Origin: Akkermansiaceae bacterium
GTDB lineage: Bacteria > Verrucomicrobiota > Verrucomicrobiia > Verrucomicrobiales > Akkermansiaceae
NCBI GenBank assembly: GCA_031389115.1
Contig: JANMSI010000135.1
Span: 18,758-82,757, forward strand
Reading direction: 5' to 3'
Length of the DNA: 64,000 bases
Part shown: in pieces, positions 1 to 10,300 of the stretch
Position numbering within the stretch: the stretch's first letter is position 1
Layout: every line of letters starts with the position of its first letter
Program-made: the position numbers and the translations under genes
Notes under the pieces: generated by a model
Databases searched by the model: none
Seen by the model: only the letters and a program-made list of their open reading frames with translations
What the model was told of the DNA's origin: nothing

Positions 1-47
1 TTTCGAGGGCTCGGATCACTCGCCTGAACTCCGATTTTCCCTACCCT

Positions 48-1556
48 ATGGACTGGACCTCGCCTCTTTGGTATGCCTCGTATTTGATCGTTCTCATCGG
101 CCTTGCCGGCTATGGGTCTCATCGCCTGACCATCGTGTTTCTTTATTTGAAGCACTCGCGCAAGCACCCGACGCCGAAGGAATTGTTCAAGGACTTGCCG
201 TTGGTGACGATCCAGCTTCCAGTCTTTAATGAAATGCACGTGGTGGACCGGCTGCTGGCGGCGGTTTCTGCGATGGACTATCCGCAGGACAAGATGCAGA
301 TCCAACTTTTGGATGACTCGACCGATGAAACCGTCGAAATTTGCCGAAATGGAATCGAAAGCCTGAAGGCCCGCGGATTCGACGCGGAACACATCCACCG
401 GACGGATCGCACGGGCTACAAAGCCGGAGCCCTCGAAAACGGCACCCGCTTCGCGAAAGGGGAATTTCTCCTCATCCTCGATGCGGACTTCGTTCCGAAT
501 CCCGACCTCCTGCAAAAAACCATCCACTATTTTTCCGATGAGAAAATCGGCATGATTCAGACGCGTTGGGGCCACCTCAACCGCACTTACAACGTGCTGA
601 CCCGCATCCAGGCGATGTTTCTGGACGGGCATCTCGAGCTGGAGCAAACCGCCCGCAATCGTTCCGGTCGTTTCTTCACTTTCAACGGCACGGGCGGCAT
701 TTGGCGGAAATCCTGCATCGCGGACGCAGGCGGTTGGGAGCACGACACGCTCACCGAGGACATGGATCTCAGCTACCGCGCGCAGCTCAAGGGCTGGCGC
801 TTTGTGTTCCTCAACGAGGTGGAAACGCCGGCCGAGCTTCCCGTGGATATGGACGGCTTCAAAAGCCAGCAGCACCGCTGGACGAAAGGCTCGATCCAGG
901 TTTGCAAGAAGGTTCTACCCGCGATTTGGAAGAGCGACGTGCCGCTTTTCATTAAGATGGAAGCGACGGCCCACCTCACCTCGAACTTCGCTTACCTGCT
1001 GCTGATTTGCCTCTGCGTCCTGATTTATCCGAGCCAGCAGTCGCAGCCTGCGTTCGGAGAAATGACTTACTACATCGTCAATGTTCCGATCTTCTTCTTT
1101 TCGTCGGTTTCGGTGATCTTGTTCTATCTCGTCTCTCAGAAGGCCTTGCGTCCCGGTTCGTGGTGGAAGGAAATCCCTTATTTGCCGCTGCTTCTGGCGC
1201 TGGGCATCGGGATGTCCATCAGTAATGCCAAGGCCGTTCTTGAAGCGCTTTTCAACCACGAGACCGCCTTCATTCGCACGCCTAAGTACGGGATCGGCCA
1301 AGTGAAGCGCCAGGACTGGAAAAAAAGCAGCTACAAGGCGATGAAGACCCTAACGCCATTCGTCGAATTGCTCTTCGGGTTCTTCTTCCTGTTCGTCGTG
1401 GTGGAAGCGGCCATGAACCATCGTTGGGCATCTGCGATTCTTCTGCTTCCTTTCCCAGTCGGTTTCTTCTACACTTCGCTCTCGTCGCTCGCCCGCCTGC
1501 TGCCATCCGGTTCGGAGGCACCTTTAGCGAAGATGATGAACCGCAAAGCCCCTTGA
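48..1556 (+). CDS. Glycosyltransferase family 2, cellulose-synthase-like, integral membrane
   Basis: 502 aa. N-terminal TM helix, IQLPVFNE, LDDSTD, GYKAGAL, DAD, TEDMDL and QQHRW (D,D,D,QxxRW signature), several C-terminal TM helices. Confidence 0.9.
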   Translation: MDWTSPLWYASYLIVLIGLAGYGSHRLTIVFLYLKHSRKHPTPKELFKDLPLVTIQLPVFNEMHVVDRLLAAVSAMDYPQDKMQIQLLDDSTDETVEICRNGIESLKARGFDAEHIHRTDRTGYKAGALENGTRFAKGEFLLILDADFVPNPDLLQKTIHYFSDEKIGMIQTRWGHLNRTYNVLTRIQAMFLDGHLELEQTARNRSGRFFTFNGTGGIWRKSCIADAGGWEHDTLTEDMDLSYRAQLKGWRFVFLNEVETPAELPVDMDGFKSQQHRWTKGSIQVCKKVLPAIWKSDVPLFIKMEATAHLTSNFAYLLLICLCVLIYPSQQSQPAFGEMTYYIVNVPIFFFSSVSVILFYLVSQKALRPGSWWKEIPYLPLLLALGIGMSISNAKAVLEALFNHETAFIRTPKYGIGQVKRQDWKKSSYKAMKTLTPFVELLFGFFFLFVVVEAAMNHRWASAILLLPFPVGFFYTSLSSLARLLPSGSEAPLAKMMNRKAP

Positions 1557-1563
1557 TCGAACG

Positions 1564-2199
1564 ATGACCGGACAATCTATCCCGCGCACTTTTTTTCTCG
1601 CCACACTCAGTCTCCTCGCGGCTGTAGGCCTCACCGGCTGCGGTTCGGATTCATTCTCCTTCGGCGGGGATACTCGCAACAAAATGATCGTCAGCGTCCG
1701 CGATCAGAAAATGCTGCTGGTTCGCGATGGCACGCCGGTCAAAGCCTACAAGATTTCCACCTCCAAGTTTGGAATCGGCGACCGCCCCGGCAGCAACTGC
1801 ACACCGCTTGGAAGGTTGCAGGTCGCCAAGAAGATCGGGGACAATGCGCCCTCAGGTTCGGTGTTTAAATCCCGCCGCCGCACCGGTGAGGTGCTGGCTC
1901 CAAATTCTCCTGGCCGCGATCCCGTCGTCACCCGCATCCTTTGGCTGACCGGCACGGAGTCCCGCAATCAAAACGCGTTCCGGCGCACCATTTACATCCA
2001 CGGCACGCCCGAGGAGCGCCGTCTCGGGTCACCCGCATCCTACGGCTGCATCCGCATGGGCAGCCGCGACGTGGCCGACCTTTACAGCAGGATTGGAACC
2101 GGGGCCGATGTGTTTGTCATCCGCGGCTCCATTCAGACTGGCGGGACCAGCCAGGCTTCGGCATCTGTTGCAAAAAAGTATGTCCGTTCCGGCGGCTGA
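1564..2199 (+). CDS. L,D-transpeptidase (YkuD family) lipoprotein
   Basis: Lipobox-like LTGC; IYIHGT...ASYGCIRM catalytic His/Cys motif. Confidence 0.88.
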   Translation: MTGQSIPRTFFLATLSLLAAVGLTGCGSDSFSFGGDTRNKMIVSVRDQKMLLVRDGTPVKAYKISTSKFGIGDRPGSNCTPLGRLQVAKKIGDNAPSGSVFKSRRRTGEVLAPNSPGRDPVVTRILWLTGTESRNQNAFRRTIYIHGTPEERRLGSPASYGCIRMGSRDVADLYSRIGTGADVFVIRGSIQTGGTSQASASVAKKYVRSGG

Positions 2200-2218
2200 G
2201 GATTTTTGAAACACGAGC

Positions 2219-2246
2219 TTGACTCATCGGGGTAAATTCCTACTTT
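2219..2246 (+). promoter_or_regulatory. Putative sigma70 promoter of rpsT (TTGACT-N16-TACTTT)
   Basis: -35/-10-like hexamers about 45 nt before the rpsT ATG; same architecture as upstream of rpmB. Confidence 0.55.
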
Positions 2247-2289
2247 CCCCCGCCCGCCTCCCGGCGATCGATTTTTCTACTAAACGACC

Positions 2290-2553
2290 ATGGCCAATCA
2301 CAAATCTTCCATTAAGCGCGCGCGTCAAACCGTCGTCCGGACCGAACGCAACCGCGCTGAAAAAAGCCGTATGAAGACGCTCCGCAAGAAGGCACTTACC
2401 GCGATCGCCTCCGGTGACAAAAGCGCCGCTGCCGAAGCGAGCTCCGCGTTTTCCTCAGTCGTGGACAAAGCGGCCAAGCGTAACTTGATTCATCCGAACA
2501 AGGCGGCTAACCTGAAGAGCAAGACTGCGAAGGCGCTCGCCGCCATCGCCTGA
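2290..2553 (+). CDS. rpsT: 30S ribosomal protein S20
   Basis: MANHKSSIKRARQ...IHPNKAANLKS, typical S20, 87 aa. Confidence 0.97.
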   Translation: MANHKSSIKRARQTVVRTERNRAEKSRMKTLRKKALTAIASGDKSAAAEASSAFSSVVDKAAKRNLIHPNKAANLKSKTAKALAAIA

Positions 2554-2591
2554 TTGCCCAGTCAGCCGGTTTCACCCAATTCTAAGGAAAC

Positions 2592-2622
2592 AAGCGGACC
2601 GGTTCACCGGTGCCGCTTTTTT
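2592..2622 (+). terminator. Rho-independent terminator after rpsT
   Basis: aagcggaccgg-ttca-ccggtgccgctt hairpin followed by a T run. Confidence 0.75.
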
Positions 2623-2632
2623 CATACCCTCC

Positions 2633-2863
2633 ATGTCCGAATCGCCTCCACCCAACCGCGCTGCCGCCGCCGCGAAGATCGCTGCCAATCCCTCAGGCTA
2701 CAAGGTCTGCGAGGGTTGCGACTCCATCGTCGGCGGTGGTGCCGCTCTCTGCCCGAACTGTCATAGCTACCGCTTCGATCCCTCGTCGGAGCGGGTTATT
2801 CTCCAGGCCCGCATTCTTGGATCGCGCGAGCAGACTTCGGTCACCGCGGACGATCTCGGTTAG
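2633..2863 (+). CDS. Small zinc-ribbon protein (CEGC...CPNC), unknown function
   Basis: 76 aa with two CxxC motifs; directly upstream of the DUF1802 gene. Confidence 0.7.
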   Translation: MSESPPPNRAAAAAKIAANPSGYKVCEGCDSIVGGGAALCPNCHSYRFDPSSERVILQARILGSREQTSVTADDLG

Positions 2864-2868
2864 TTTTC

Positions 2869-3429
2869 ATGAGCGCCTCCATCGGATTCAAGGAATGGCA
2901 GGTGGTATGCGATGCCCTGGCTGTCGGCCGGCAGTCGATCCTCCTGCGCAAGGGCGGCATCCACGAGGGCCGGCAGGGATTTTCCTTCGCCCACGAGTCG
3001 TTTTTCCTCTTTCCAACCCGTTTTCACGCCCTCACCGATCAAGTGCGGGAGGGCGAGGTGATCGTCATGCCGGAGTGGCAGCCGGGCGATGTAATCCGCA
3101 TCACCCATCATGCCGAGGCCGCGTGGGCCATCACCCTAACCGACTGGGACCGGGTCGCAGCCCTGGAGCCGCTTCACATCTACTCGCAGGAGATCGTTAG
3201 GGATCGCTTCGCTTGGGAAGGCAAGGGCATGGCCTCCGGCAGCATCCATGTGGCGCTGGTGCGAATCCGTGAGCTGGCCGAGCCCTGGAAATTTCCATAC
3301 GAGACGAAATACGGCGGTTGCCGTAGTTGGGTCAATTTACCCGCGCCGCCGATGGGCTGGCAGGCAACCGCGCGTCCGGTGACCGATGACGTGGCATTCG
3401 CCGCTGTGGGTGCGAGCGGGGCGTTCTAA
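2869..3429 (+). CDS. DUF1802 family protein
   Basis: FKEW.VVCDAL..GRQSILLRKGGIHE...F.LFPT and GGCRSW motifs. Confidence 0.85.
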   Translation: MSASIGFKEWQVVCDALAVGRQSILLRKGGIHEGRQGFSFAHESFFLFPTRFHALTDQVREGEVIVMPEWQPGDVIRITHHAEAAWAITLTDWDRVAALEPLHIYSQEIVRDRFAWEGKGMASGSIHVALVRIRELAEPWKFPYETKYGGCRSWVNLPAPPMGWQATARPVTDDVAFAAVGASGAF

Positions 3430-3446
3430 CTCTTGCCGGGAGCGGA

Positions 3447-3608
3447 TCAATCCGAGTTTTTAATGGCGTCCTGCAACGGCCGTTTGATGACATAATCTTG
3501 TGAAATCACCTGGCCGTTGCTCGTCACCGTTTGCTGGGTCAGGCAGCCGGACGACAGGATGGCCATGATGGAGGCGAGCAGGCATTTGGCAAAAATTCCA
3601 GATTTCAT
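3447..3608 (-). CDS. Small lipoprotein, 53 aa, not in the ORF track
   Basis: Hand translation MKSGIFAKCLLASIMAILSSGCLTQQTVTSNGQVISQDYVIKRPLQDAIKNSD*: basic n-region, hydrophobic h-region, LSSGC lipobox-like site; fills the gap downstream of the glutathione peroxidase gene. Confidence 0.75.
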   Translation of the reverse strand: MKSGIFAKCLLASIMAILSSGCLTQQTVTSNGQVISQDYVIKRPLQDAIKNSD

Positions 3609-3634
3609 GGGTGGGTGGTGTGGTTAGAGTCGCC

Positions 3635-4183
3635 TTATTTTATCGAGGCCTCGGCTATCGCTTGCTCGACCGCAGCGGTTAGTTCCGCGCTGTCCGGTTT
3701 GGTCGCGGGCTCGAAGCGGGCGATCGCCTTGCCATCCTTGCCGATGAGAAATTTGCCGAAGTTCCAACTCACGTCTCCGGGGAAGGCTCCGTCCTTTCCG
3801 GTGAGCGCTGCGTAAAGTTGGTGCTGCTTTCCGCCCTTCACGCTGATCTTATCCATCACCGGAAAGGTGACGTCATACTCCGTCTTGCAGAATTTCTGGA
3901 TGTCCTCAATGGTCCCGGGTTCTTGATTTCCGAAGTCATTGCAGGGAAAACCGATGACCACGAAGCCTTTATCCCGGTGCTGTTTGTAGAGTGCTTCGAG
4001 TCCCTGGTATTGCGGCGTGAGGCCGCATTTTGAGGCGAGATTAACGAGCAGCATCACCTTTCCTCGGTAATCGTTGAGCGAAGTCTTTTTGCCGGATGCA
4101 TCCTTGAAGGGGATTTGAGTGAGATCGGCGGCGTAAGCGCTGGCAGCCATGACGAACGCGGGAACGATGATTCGGAGCAACAT
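3635..4183 (-). CDS. Glutathione peroxidase family protein with signal peptide
   Basis: NLASKCGLTPQY, GFPCNDFGNQEPG and WNFGKFL motifs; peroxidatic residue is TGC (Cys). Confidence 0.93.
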   Translation of the reverse strand: MLLRIIVPAFVMAASAYAADLTQIPFKDASGKKTSLNDYRGKVMLLVNLASKCGLTPQYQGLEALYKQHRDKGFVVIGFPCNDFGNQEPGTIEDIQKFCKTEYDVTFPVMDKISVKGGKQHQLYAALTGKDGAFPGDVSWNFGKFLIGKDGKAIARFEPATKPDSAELTAAVEQAIAEASIK

Positions 4184-4250
4184 GCGCGAAGCGTAGCAGG
4201 AAATCGTGGATGCGCAAAAAATTCGCCGCCGGGATTGAGGTTTCCCAGGT

Positions 4251-7200
4251 TCAGTTCTTCGAGGTTTCGAGGAGGAAAATGAGGAGATCGTTAAAATCGC
4301 TGGTCGAAATTGTGGTTTCGAAAGCGGCGGGCATGAGTGAGAGTCTCGACGAGGTTTGAGAGTTTACCTTGGCCTTGGGAACGCTAACGGATTTGCCGGT
4401 GGCGTCGGTGAGCAGGAGAAGTTCGCCTTCCTCGCGGGCGTTGACGCCGGAGAGAGTTTGGCCGTCGGTGGTCTCGAGGATCGTCTGGCGGAAAATGGGA
4501 TCCACGTTGCGGTTCGGGTCGAGGATGTCCTCGGCGAGGCGGTGAAGGCCACGGGCGCCGATGCCGTCGAGGGCCGGGCCGAGATCGGCACCCGTGTTCT
4601 GGAGCCGGTGGCAGATGGCGCACTGCTGGGCGAAAACCTGAGCGCCGCGGGCGACGTTGTGCCGCGTGGGATCGAAGGCTGCAACTCGGGCGGCGATGAG
4701 TTGGTCGAGGCGGGCGTCTTCGGCGGGGAGGTCTTTGGTCAGTGCGGCGGCACGGTCGCGCAGAGGTTGGGAGCGTTTTTCGAGGGCTGTGGCGGCGAGG
4801 ATGTTGCGGAGCAGCGCGGGGGAAGCTTTGCCGCCCTCGATGATCGCGAGGAGATCGGCGCAGCTTGCATCGGTCGTGGCGAGTTGGGCGGCGATTGCAG
4901 TGGCAAGTTCGCCGGGCGCGGCAGGCAGCGTTTCCAGGAGCAGATCGCGCTCGGGCGTGCCGAGATGGCCGTCGAAGAGTTCCACGGCCTTTTTGCGCAG
5001 CGCCATTGACGATGGGTCGCGCAATGCTTGCCCGATAAAGTCCCGGCTTCCCTGAATGTTGGCCAGCGCCGCGAGGGCTGCGGTGCGGAGTGGGTCACTG
5101 CGGTTCGGGTCGGCGGCGAGTTTGGCGAGCGGGTCGAGTTTCGCTGTAAGCTGGGTTTCGCGGAGGCTTTCGATCGCGCGGGCAATTACGATTTCATCGG
5201 TGGAGGCCAGCGCATCGAGCATGGCACGCTGGGTCCAAGCAAGGATGGTGTCGGGAGGCGGAACGCCGCGCTGGCGGTAGGCTTGGGCAAGCGTGTCGGC
5301 AATACTCAGTCGTTGGGGAAGCGCTGATTCGTTAGACCTTTTGATGAGTTCGGCGATGGTGCCGAGTTTTTCCGGCGGTAAATAGAGCACGGTGTGACGG
5401 AGAAACTCGCTGCCGCGCGGACCTTGGAGCGTGGTGCGTTCGAGGTGGTTGAGCAGGAACTCTGCGGCTTCTGGCGTTTTCGCGCCAAGAGAAACGTCGG
5501 CGATGCAGTCCGCGTCGTGCGGATTACTTGCCGCCACGGTTGCGGCAGATTTGTAACCGTTTTCCAAGATAAGGCTGTCGCGCAGCGCCATGCGGATCGC
5601 GTGAATCAATCCGGTGTCGTCCGCTGTGGCAGAGTTCCACATCTTGAGAAGCGCGGTGATGTTCGCCAATCCCCCGCCGACGAGAGTGCGCGCGGCGAAG
5701 CGTCGCACGGTGGCGTCGGAATCTTCGACGCCGGACGATCCGCCGGAGTTAGATAGCAGCGGGATTTGCGCGCGAACCATCGGCGATGAATCCTTCGACG
5801 CGGCCATCACGATCTCAGGGGTGAGGCTGTGCGTCCGCTCCAGCGCCCAGAGCGAGTGGACGCGTTGGGAAGGCGTGGAGTCTTCGCGGAACGCGAATTT
5901 CGACGGATCCAGCGCGTCTTTGCCGATCCGCTCAACCAGCTCGTTTGTCGCCAGCGTGCGGACGACAAGGTTCGGATCGGCGAGTTTTTCCAGCAGCCCG
6001 TCGGCGGCGAGGCCTGACAGCTCGGGCATCGGGGGGACTATTTTTCCACCGCGGTAGACGATGCGCCAGATGCGGCCGTGGGAGTGGTCGCGGCGCGGGT
6101 CGGCGAGGGGGAATTCGTAGTGGCCGATGATCGGATTGTAGAAATCGGCGATGTAGAGCGCGCCGTCCGGGCCGAGCTTGACCTGCACGGGGCGGAACCA
6201 CGGATCGTCGCAAGTTAGAAAATCGGGCTGGCGGATGGCCTGCGGGGTGGAGCCGTGCCATTCGAGCTTATCGCGGTTGATGCGATGGGTGACGGGGTTG
6301 CCGTTGAAAAGATTGCCGCGAAATTCCTCAGGAAATTTGTCAGCGGCGTAGTAGGCAATGCCGGCGATGGCGGTGGAGCCGTGGTCGTCGTCGGTGATGC
6401 GCGGGGCGAAGCCGAGGCCGTCATGCTGCTTGCCGATACCTTCGTAAAACGCGTCACGGAAGAGCATATAGACAGGTTTCGAATGGGAATCGGCCGTGTA
6501 GAAATTTCCCACCGGATCGACGGTGAGGCCGAAGGGATTGGTCTGGCCGTGGCTGTAGATTTCAAACGCGGAGCCGTCGGGCCGGAAGCGGTAGGTGTTG
6601 CCGCTGTCGAGAACGGTGAGGCGGCCGGCCTTGTCGCGGATTTCCGAACGATTGCGAAAGCCGTGGGTGCCGTAGATCCAGCCGTCGATCCAGTGGAGGA
6701 AACTGGACATCCCGCCGTGGGTGTCGAGGAAACCGGCGGTGCCGTAAAGGACTTCGCGGGTGTCGGCGCGGCCGTCGCCATCGGTGTCTTCCAGGCGGTA
6801 GATGTTCGGGATGGAGTAAACGATCACGGTGTCCCCCTTCGCGCCGGGTTTGCGCGGTAGCGGCTGGACGCCGCTGGGGATGTTGAGGCCATCGGCGAAG
6901 ACCGTGATTTTCCGGGCGCGGCCGGATTCGTCGAAATCACCGAGGACGCGAACGCTGTCGCGGGCTTTGTCGGAAGGCGCGGGAGCTTTCCCGCGCGCGC
7001 CGAACGCTCCGGCGATGTCGTCGTAGGCTTTTGCGAAATCCGGGATTGGCCTGCCCTGCGCATCGGTGCTGGCGGGCCACGGATACATTTCCGAGCCGGT
7101 GACCCAGAGCCGGCCAGCGGCGTCGAAGGTGAGATTGAGCGGCTTCTGGATCTCAGGCTCAGCGGCGACGAGTTGGATTTCGAAGCCGGGCGGAAGGTGA

Positions 7201-7316
7201 AACATCGCCTGTTGTTCCGCGGGAGTGGACGGTTTCGAGTCCGGGTGATCGCCACGCGGGTCGGCGGCTAGGGCGGCAACGGTTAGAACAAGCGAATACG
7301 GGACGAGGAATTTCAT
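4251..7316 (-). CDS. PVC-type haem-binding CxxCH protein (dehydrogenase-like propeller, HEAT-like repeats, cytochrome c)
   Basis: 1021 aa. FHLPPGFEIQLVAAEP, DTDGDGRAD, GPDGALYIADFY in the N-terminal part; C-terminal CAICH haem motif with GPALDGIG and SLMP. Confidence 0.88.
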   Translation of the reverse strand: MKFLVPYSLVLTVAALAADPRGDHPDSKPSTPAEQQAMFHLPPGFEIQLVAAEPEIQKPLNLTFDAAGRLWVTGSEMYPWPASTDAQGRPIPDFAKAYDDIAGAFGARGKAPAPSDKARDSVRVLGDFDESGRARKITVFADGLNIPSGVQPLPRKPGAKGDTVIVYSIPNIYRLEDTDGDGRADTREVLYGTAGFLDTHGGMSSFLHWIDGWIYGTHGFRNRSEIRDKAGRLTVLDSGNTYRFRPDGSAFEIYSHGQTNPFGLTVDPVGNFYTADSHSKPVYMLFRDAFYEGIGKQHDGLGFAPRITDDDHGSTAIAGIAYYAADKFPEEFRGNLFNGNPVTHRINRDKLEWHGSTPQAIRQPDFLTCDDPWFRPVQVKLGPDGALYIADFYNPIIGHYEFPLADPRRDHSHGRIWRIVYRGGKIVPPMPELSGLAADGLLEKLADPNLVVRTLATNELVERIGKDALDPSKFAFREDSTPSQRVHSLWALERTHSLTPEIVMAASKDSSPMVRAQIPLLSNSGGSSGVEDSDATVRRFAARTLVGGGLANITALLKMWNSATADDTGLIHAIRMALRDSLILENGYKSAATVAASNPHDADCIADVSLGAKTPEAAEFLLNHLERTTLQGPRGSEFLRHTVLYLPPEKLGTIAELIKRSNESALPQRLSIADTLAQAYRQRGVPPPDTILAWTQRAMLDALASTDEIVIARAIESLRETQLTAKLDPLAKLAADPNRSDPLRTAALAALANIQGSRDFIGQALRDPSSMALRKKAVELFDGHLGTPERDLLLETLPAAPGELATAIAAQLATTDASCADLLAIIEGGKASPALLRNILAATALEKRSQPLRDRAAALTKDLPAEDARLDQLIAARVAAFDPTRHNVARGAQVFAQQCAICHRLQNTGADLGPALDGIGARGLHRLAEDILDPNRNVDPIFRQTILETTDGQTLSGVNAREEGELLLLTDATGKSVSVPKAKVNSQTSSRLSLMPAAFETTISTSDFNDLLIFLLETSKN

Positions 7317-7360
7317 GCGGGGTGACGCGCTTGGTTATACCGGCGGACCGCACGGATTTA

Positions 7361-10300
7361 TCACTCCTCCAGCCAGCGACCGAGCGACTCTTCCAGATCC
7401 TCGTCGCGTTTGACATTGAACGACTCACCCGCGGCGACGGTGATCCGGCGGCCGGCGCTGTTTTGAAAATGAAGCAGCACCGGCGTGGTGCCGGGATGAT
7501 TGCCGAGGGCGAGCTTGATTTCTATCAAATCGCGGTCGCTGTGGCGGGTGGTCCACAGCATCAGCTCGAGCGGACCCTTGCCGGTTGCGGCGCTGCGGCC
7601 GGGCTTGAGTTCGCCGAGCTCGTAGCCGGTGATGCGGCGGCCACCGGTGCGGTCATCGACCTGGACGTTGCCCTTGAGCCTGATGATTTTCCCCGGCTCT
7701 AACAATCCTGCGTCGCGGGCCGGGACGAAGGTTTCCCCCCACAGCATGATTTCGGCGCTGCCGGTGAAATCCTCCAGCACGAGCACGCCGAAGGGCTTGC
7801 CGGTTTTGGTGATTTTCGCGTCGAGCGAGCGGACCATCCCGGCGAAGGGGAAACGCTCACGGGGATTGGACAGGTCGAGATCGTCCATCAGACCGAGCCG
7901 GCGATACTTGCTGGAGTCGATGACGCTGCGGAACTTGTCAAGCGGGTGACCGGTGACGTAAAATCCTAACAATTCCTTCTCGTGGGCGAGCCGTTCGTCC
8001 TTCGACCATTCCTCAACGGAGGGTTCGGCACGGCTGGACTTCGTTTGGGCGGCCGGGGCGGCGAAGTCCATGGAATCGAACATGGAGACCTGGCCGGACG
8101 CGCGGTCGCGCTGGGCGGACGAGGCGGAGGCGACGACCTGTTCCAGCCGCGCGGACATTCCGGCGCGGGTGTCGCCGGTCCAGTCGAGCGCTCCGGCTTT
8201 TGCCAGATTTTCCAAGATGCGCTTGTTGACCACCTTGGAATCGAGGCGCGAGGCGAAGTCGTCGAGCGAGGTAAACCTGCCGTTTTTTTCACGATCCTGA
8301 ATCGCGATCGCCATGGCGCCCTCGCCGCAGTTCTTGATGGCGGCGAGGCCGTAGCGAATTCCCTTCGAGCCGTTGAGCGTGACCTCGGGGGAAAATCGAA
8401 GCTGAGACGCGTTGAGATCCGGCGGGAGGATTTCCAGCCCCATGCGGTGGCACTCGGAAACGAAGACACCGATCTTGTCGGTGTTGTGAATTTCGTTAGA
8501 AAGCAGCGCGGCCATGAACTCGACCGGGTGGTTTGCCTTCAAATAGGCGGTCCAGTAGGAAATGTGGCCGTAGCAGGCGGAATGGGATTTATTGAATCCG
8601 TAACCCGCGAACATCGCGATCTTGTCGAAAATCTGGTCGGCCAGCTTTTTGCCGATGTTGTTGGTCGCCTCCGCGCCTTCGACGAATTTCGCCCGCTGCT
8701 TTTCCATCTCCACCGGATCCTTCTTGCCCATCGCGCGGCGGAGAAGGTCGGCACCGCCGAGCGAGTAGCCGGCGAGCAGCTTCGCGGCGTTCTGGACCTG
8801 CTCCTGATAGATCATGACGCCGAACGTGTCGCCGCAAACTTTCTCCAAAAGCGGGTGCTCGTACATCGCGCGCTTGCGGCCCTTTTTCACATCGAGCATC
8901 TGGTCGATGAATTGCATGGCGCCCGGCCGATAGACGGCGAGAAGGTCGATAATGTCATCGATTTTCTCGATGGCATACTTGCGGCAGGTCTCAACCATGC
9001 CGCCGGATTCCAACTGGAACACACCCATCGTCTCGCCGCGGTTGAGAAGTTCGAAGGTTTTCCAATCATCTAACAAAACTGATTCGATCGCAAACTCCGG
9101 CTTGTGCCTGCGGATGTGCTGCACTGCCTCATGGATGACGGTGAGGTTCTTCAAGCCGAGGAAGTCCATCTTCAAAAGGCCGACATCCGTGATGGCCTTC
9201 ATGTCATACTGGGTGACGACTTCGCCCTCATTTCCGCGTGTTAGAGGAACGTGCTCGTCCAGCGGGCGGTCTCCGATGACGACGCCCGCAGCATGGACGC
9301 CGACATTCCGAGCGAGTCCTTCGAGCTTGGTGGCGTAGCTCCAGAGCTGCTGATAGGTCGAGCTGCTTTCGATGAGTTCCTTCAACTCGGGCTTCGATTC
9401 ATACTCGTCCTTGAGTTTGATGTCCGGCTTAGCCTCGATCATCTTCGCGATCCGATCGCCTTCCCCGTAGGAAATTCCCATCACGCGGCAGACGTCTCGG
9501 AGCACGCTCTTCGCGCCGAGTTTGCCGTAAGTGATGATGTGCGAAACGCTGCGTTCACCGTATTTTTTCCGCACGTAGTCGATGACCTCCACGCGGCGGC
9601 TCTGGCAGAAGTCGATATCGACATCGGGCGGGCTGACCCGTTCAGGGTTGAGGAATCGTTCGAACAGCAAGCCGAAGCGCATCGGGCAAATGTCGGTGAT
9701 CCCCATCGCGTAGGACGCCAGGGAGCCCGCCGCCGAGCCCCGGCCCGGGCCGACGGGGATGTCATTGTCGCGCGCCCACTGGATGAAATCCGCGGTGATG
9801 AGGAAGTAGGAGGCAAAGCCTAACTGGTTGATCGTATCGACCTCGTATTTCAGCCGGTCCGCGATTTCCGGGTCCTGCGCGCGTTCCGCGCCATAGCGTT
9901 TTACCAACCCGTCGCGGCAGACCTTCATCAGGTATTCCTCGCGCGGGCTGCCGTCCGGGGTGCCGAACTGCGGATATTTTTCCGAACTCGCCGGATCGAG
10001 CTTGAGAGTGACATTGCAGCGCTCCGCAATCTCTAACGTCATGTCGCAGGCACCGGGCACGTCGGCGAAAATCTCGCGCATTTGCTCGGCGGTTTTGAAA
10101 TAAACCTCCGGCGTGTAGTGCATCCGGTTTTCATCGATGACCAGATGCCCGGTGCCGATGCAGATCATCACGTCGTGCGCCTCGTGATCGAATTTATTGA
10201 GGAAATGGACATCGTTCGCGGCGACCACCTTGAGGTCCATTTCCTTTGCGAACTTAAGCAGAGAAGGAGTGACAAGCCGCTGCGGTTCGAGGCCGTGGTT

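Noticed and set aside
4030-4050. Possible selenocysteine in glutathione peroxidase
   Set aside because: The active-site codon is TGC (Cys) and the frame is uninterrupted.
7982-9073. 363-aa plus-strand ORF and other long shadow ORFs opposite real genes (e.g. 4356, 19850, 29972, 35564, 39416, 41230, 42998, 54967)
   Set aside because: They lie antisense to well-supported genes, have no recognisable motifs, and are expected in high-GC DNA.
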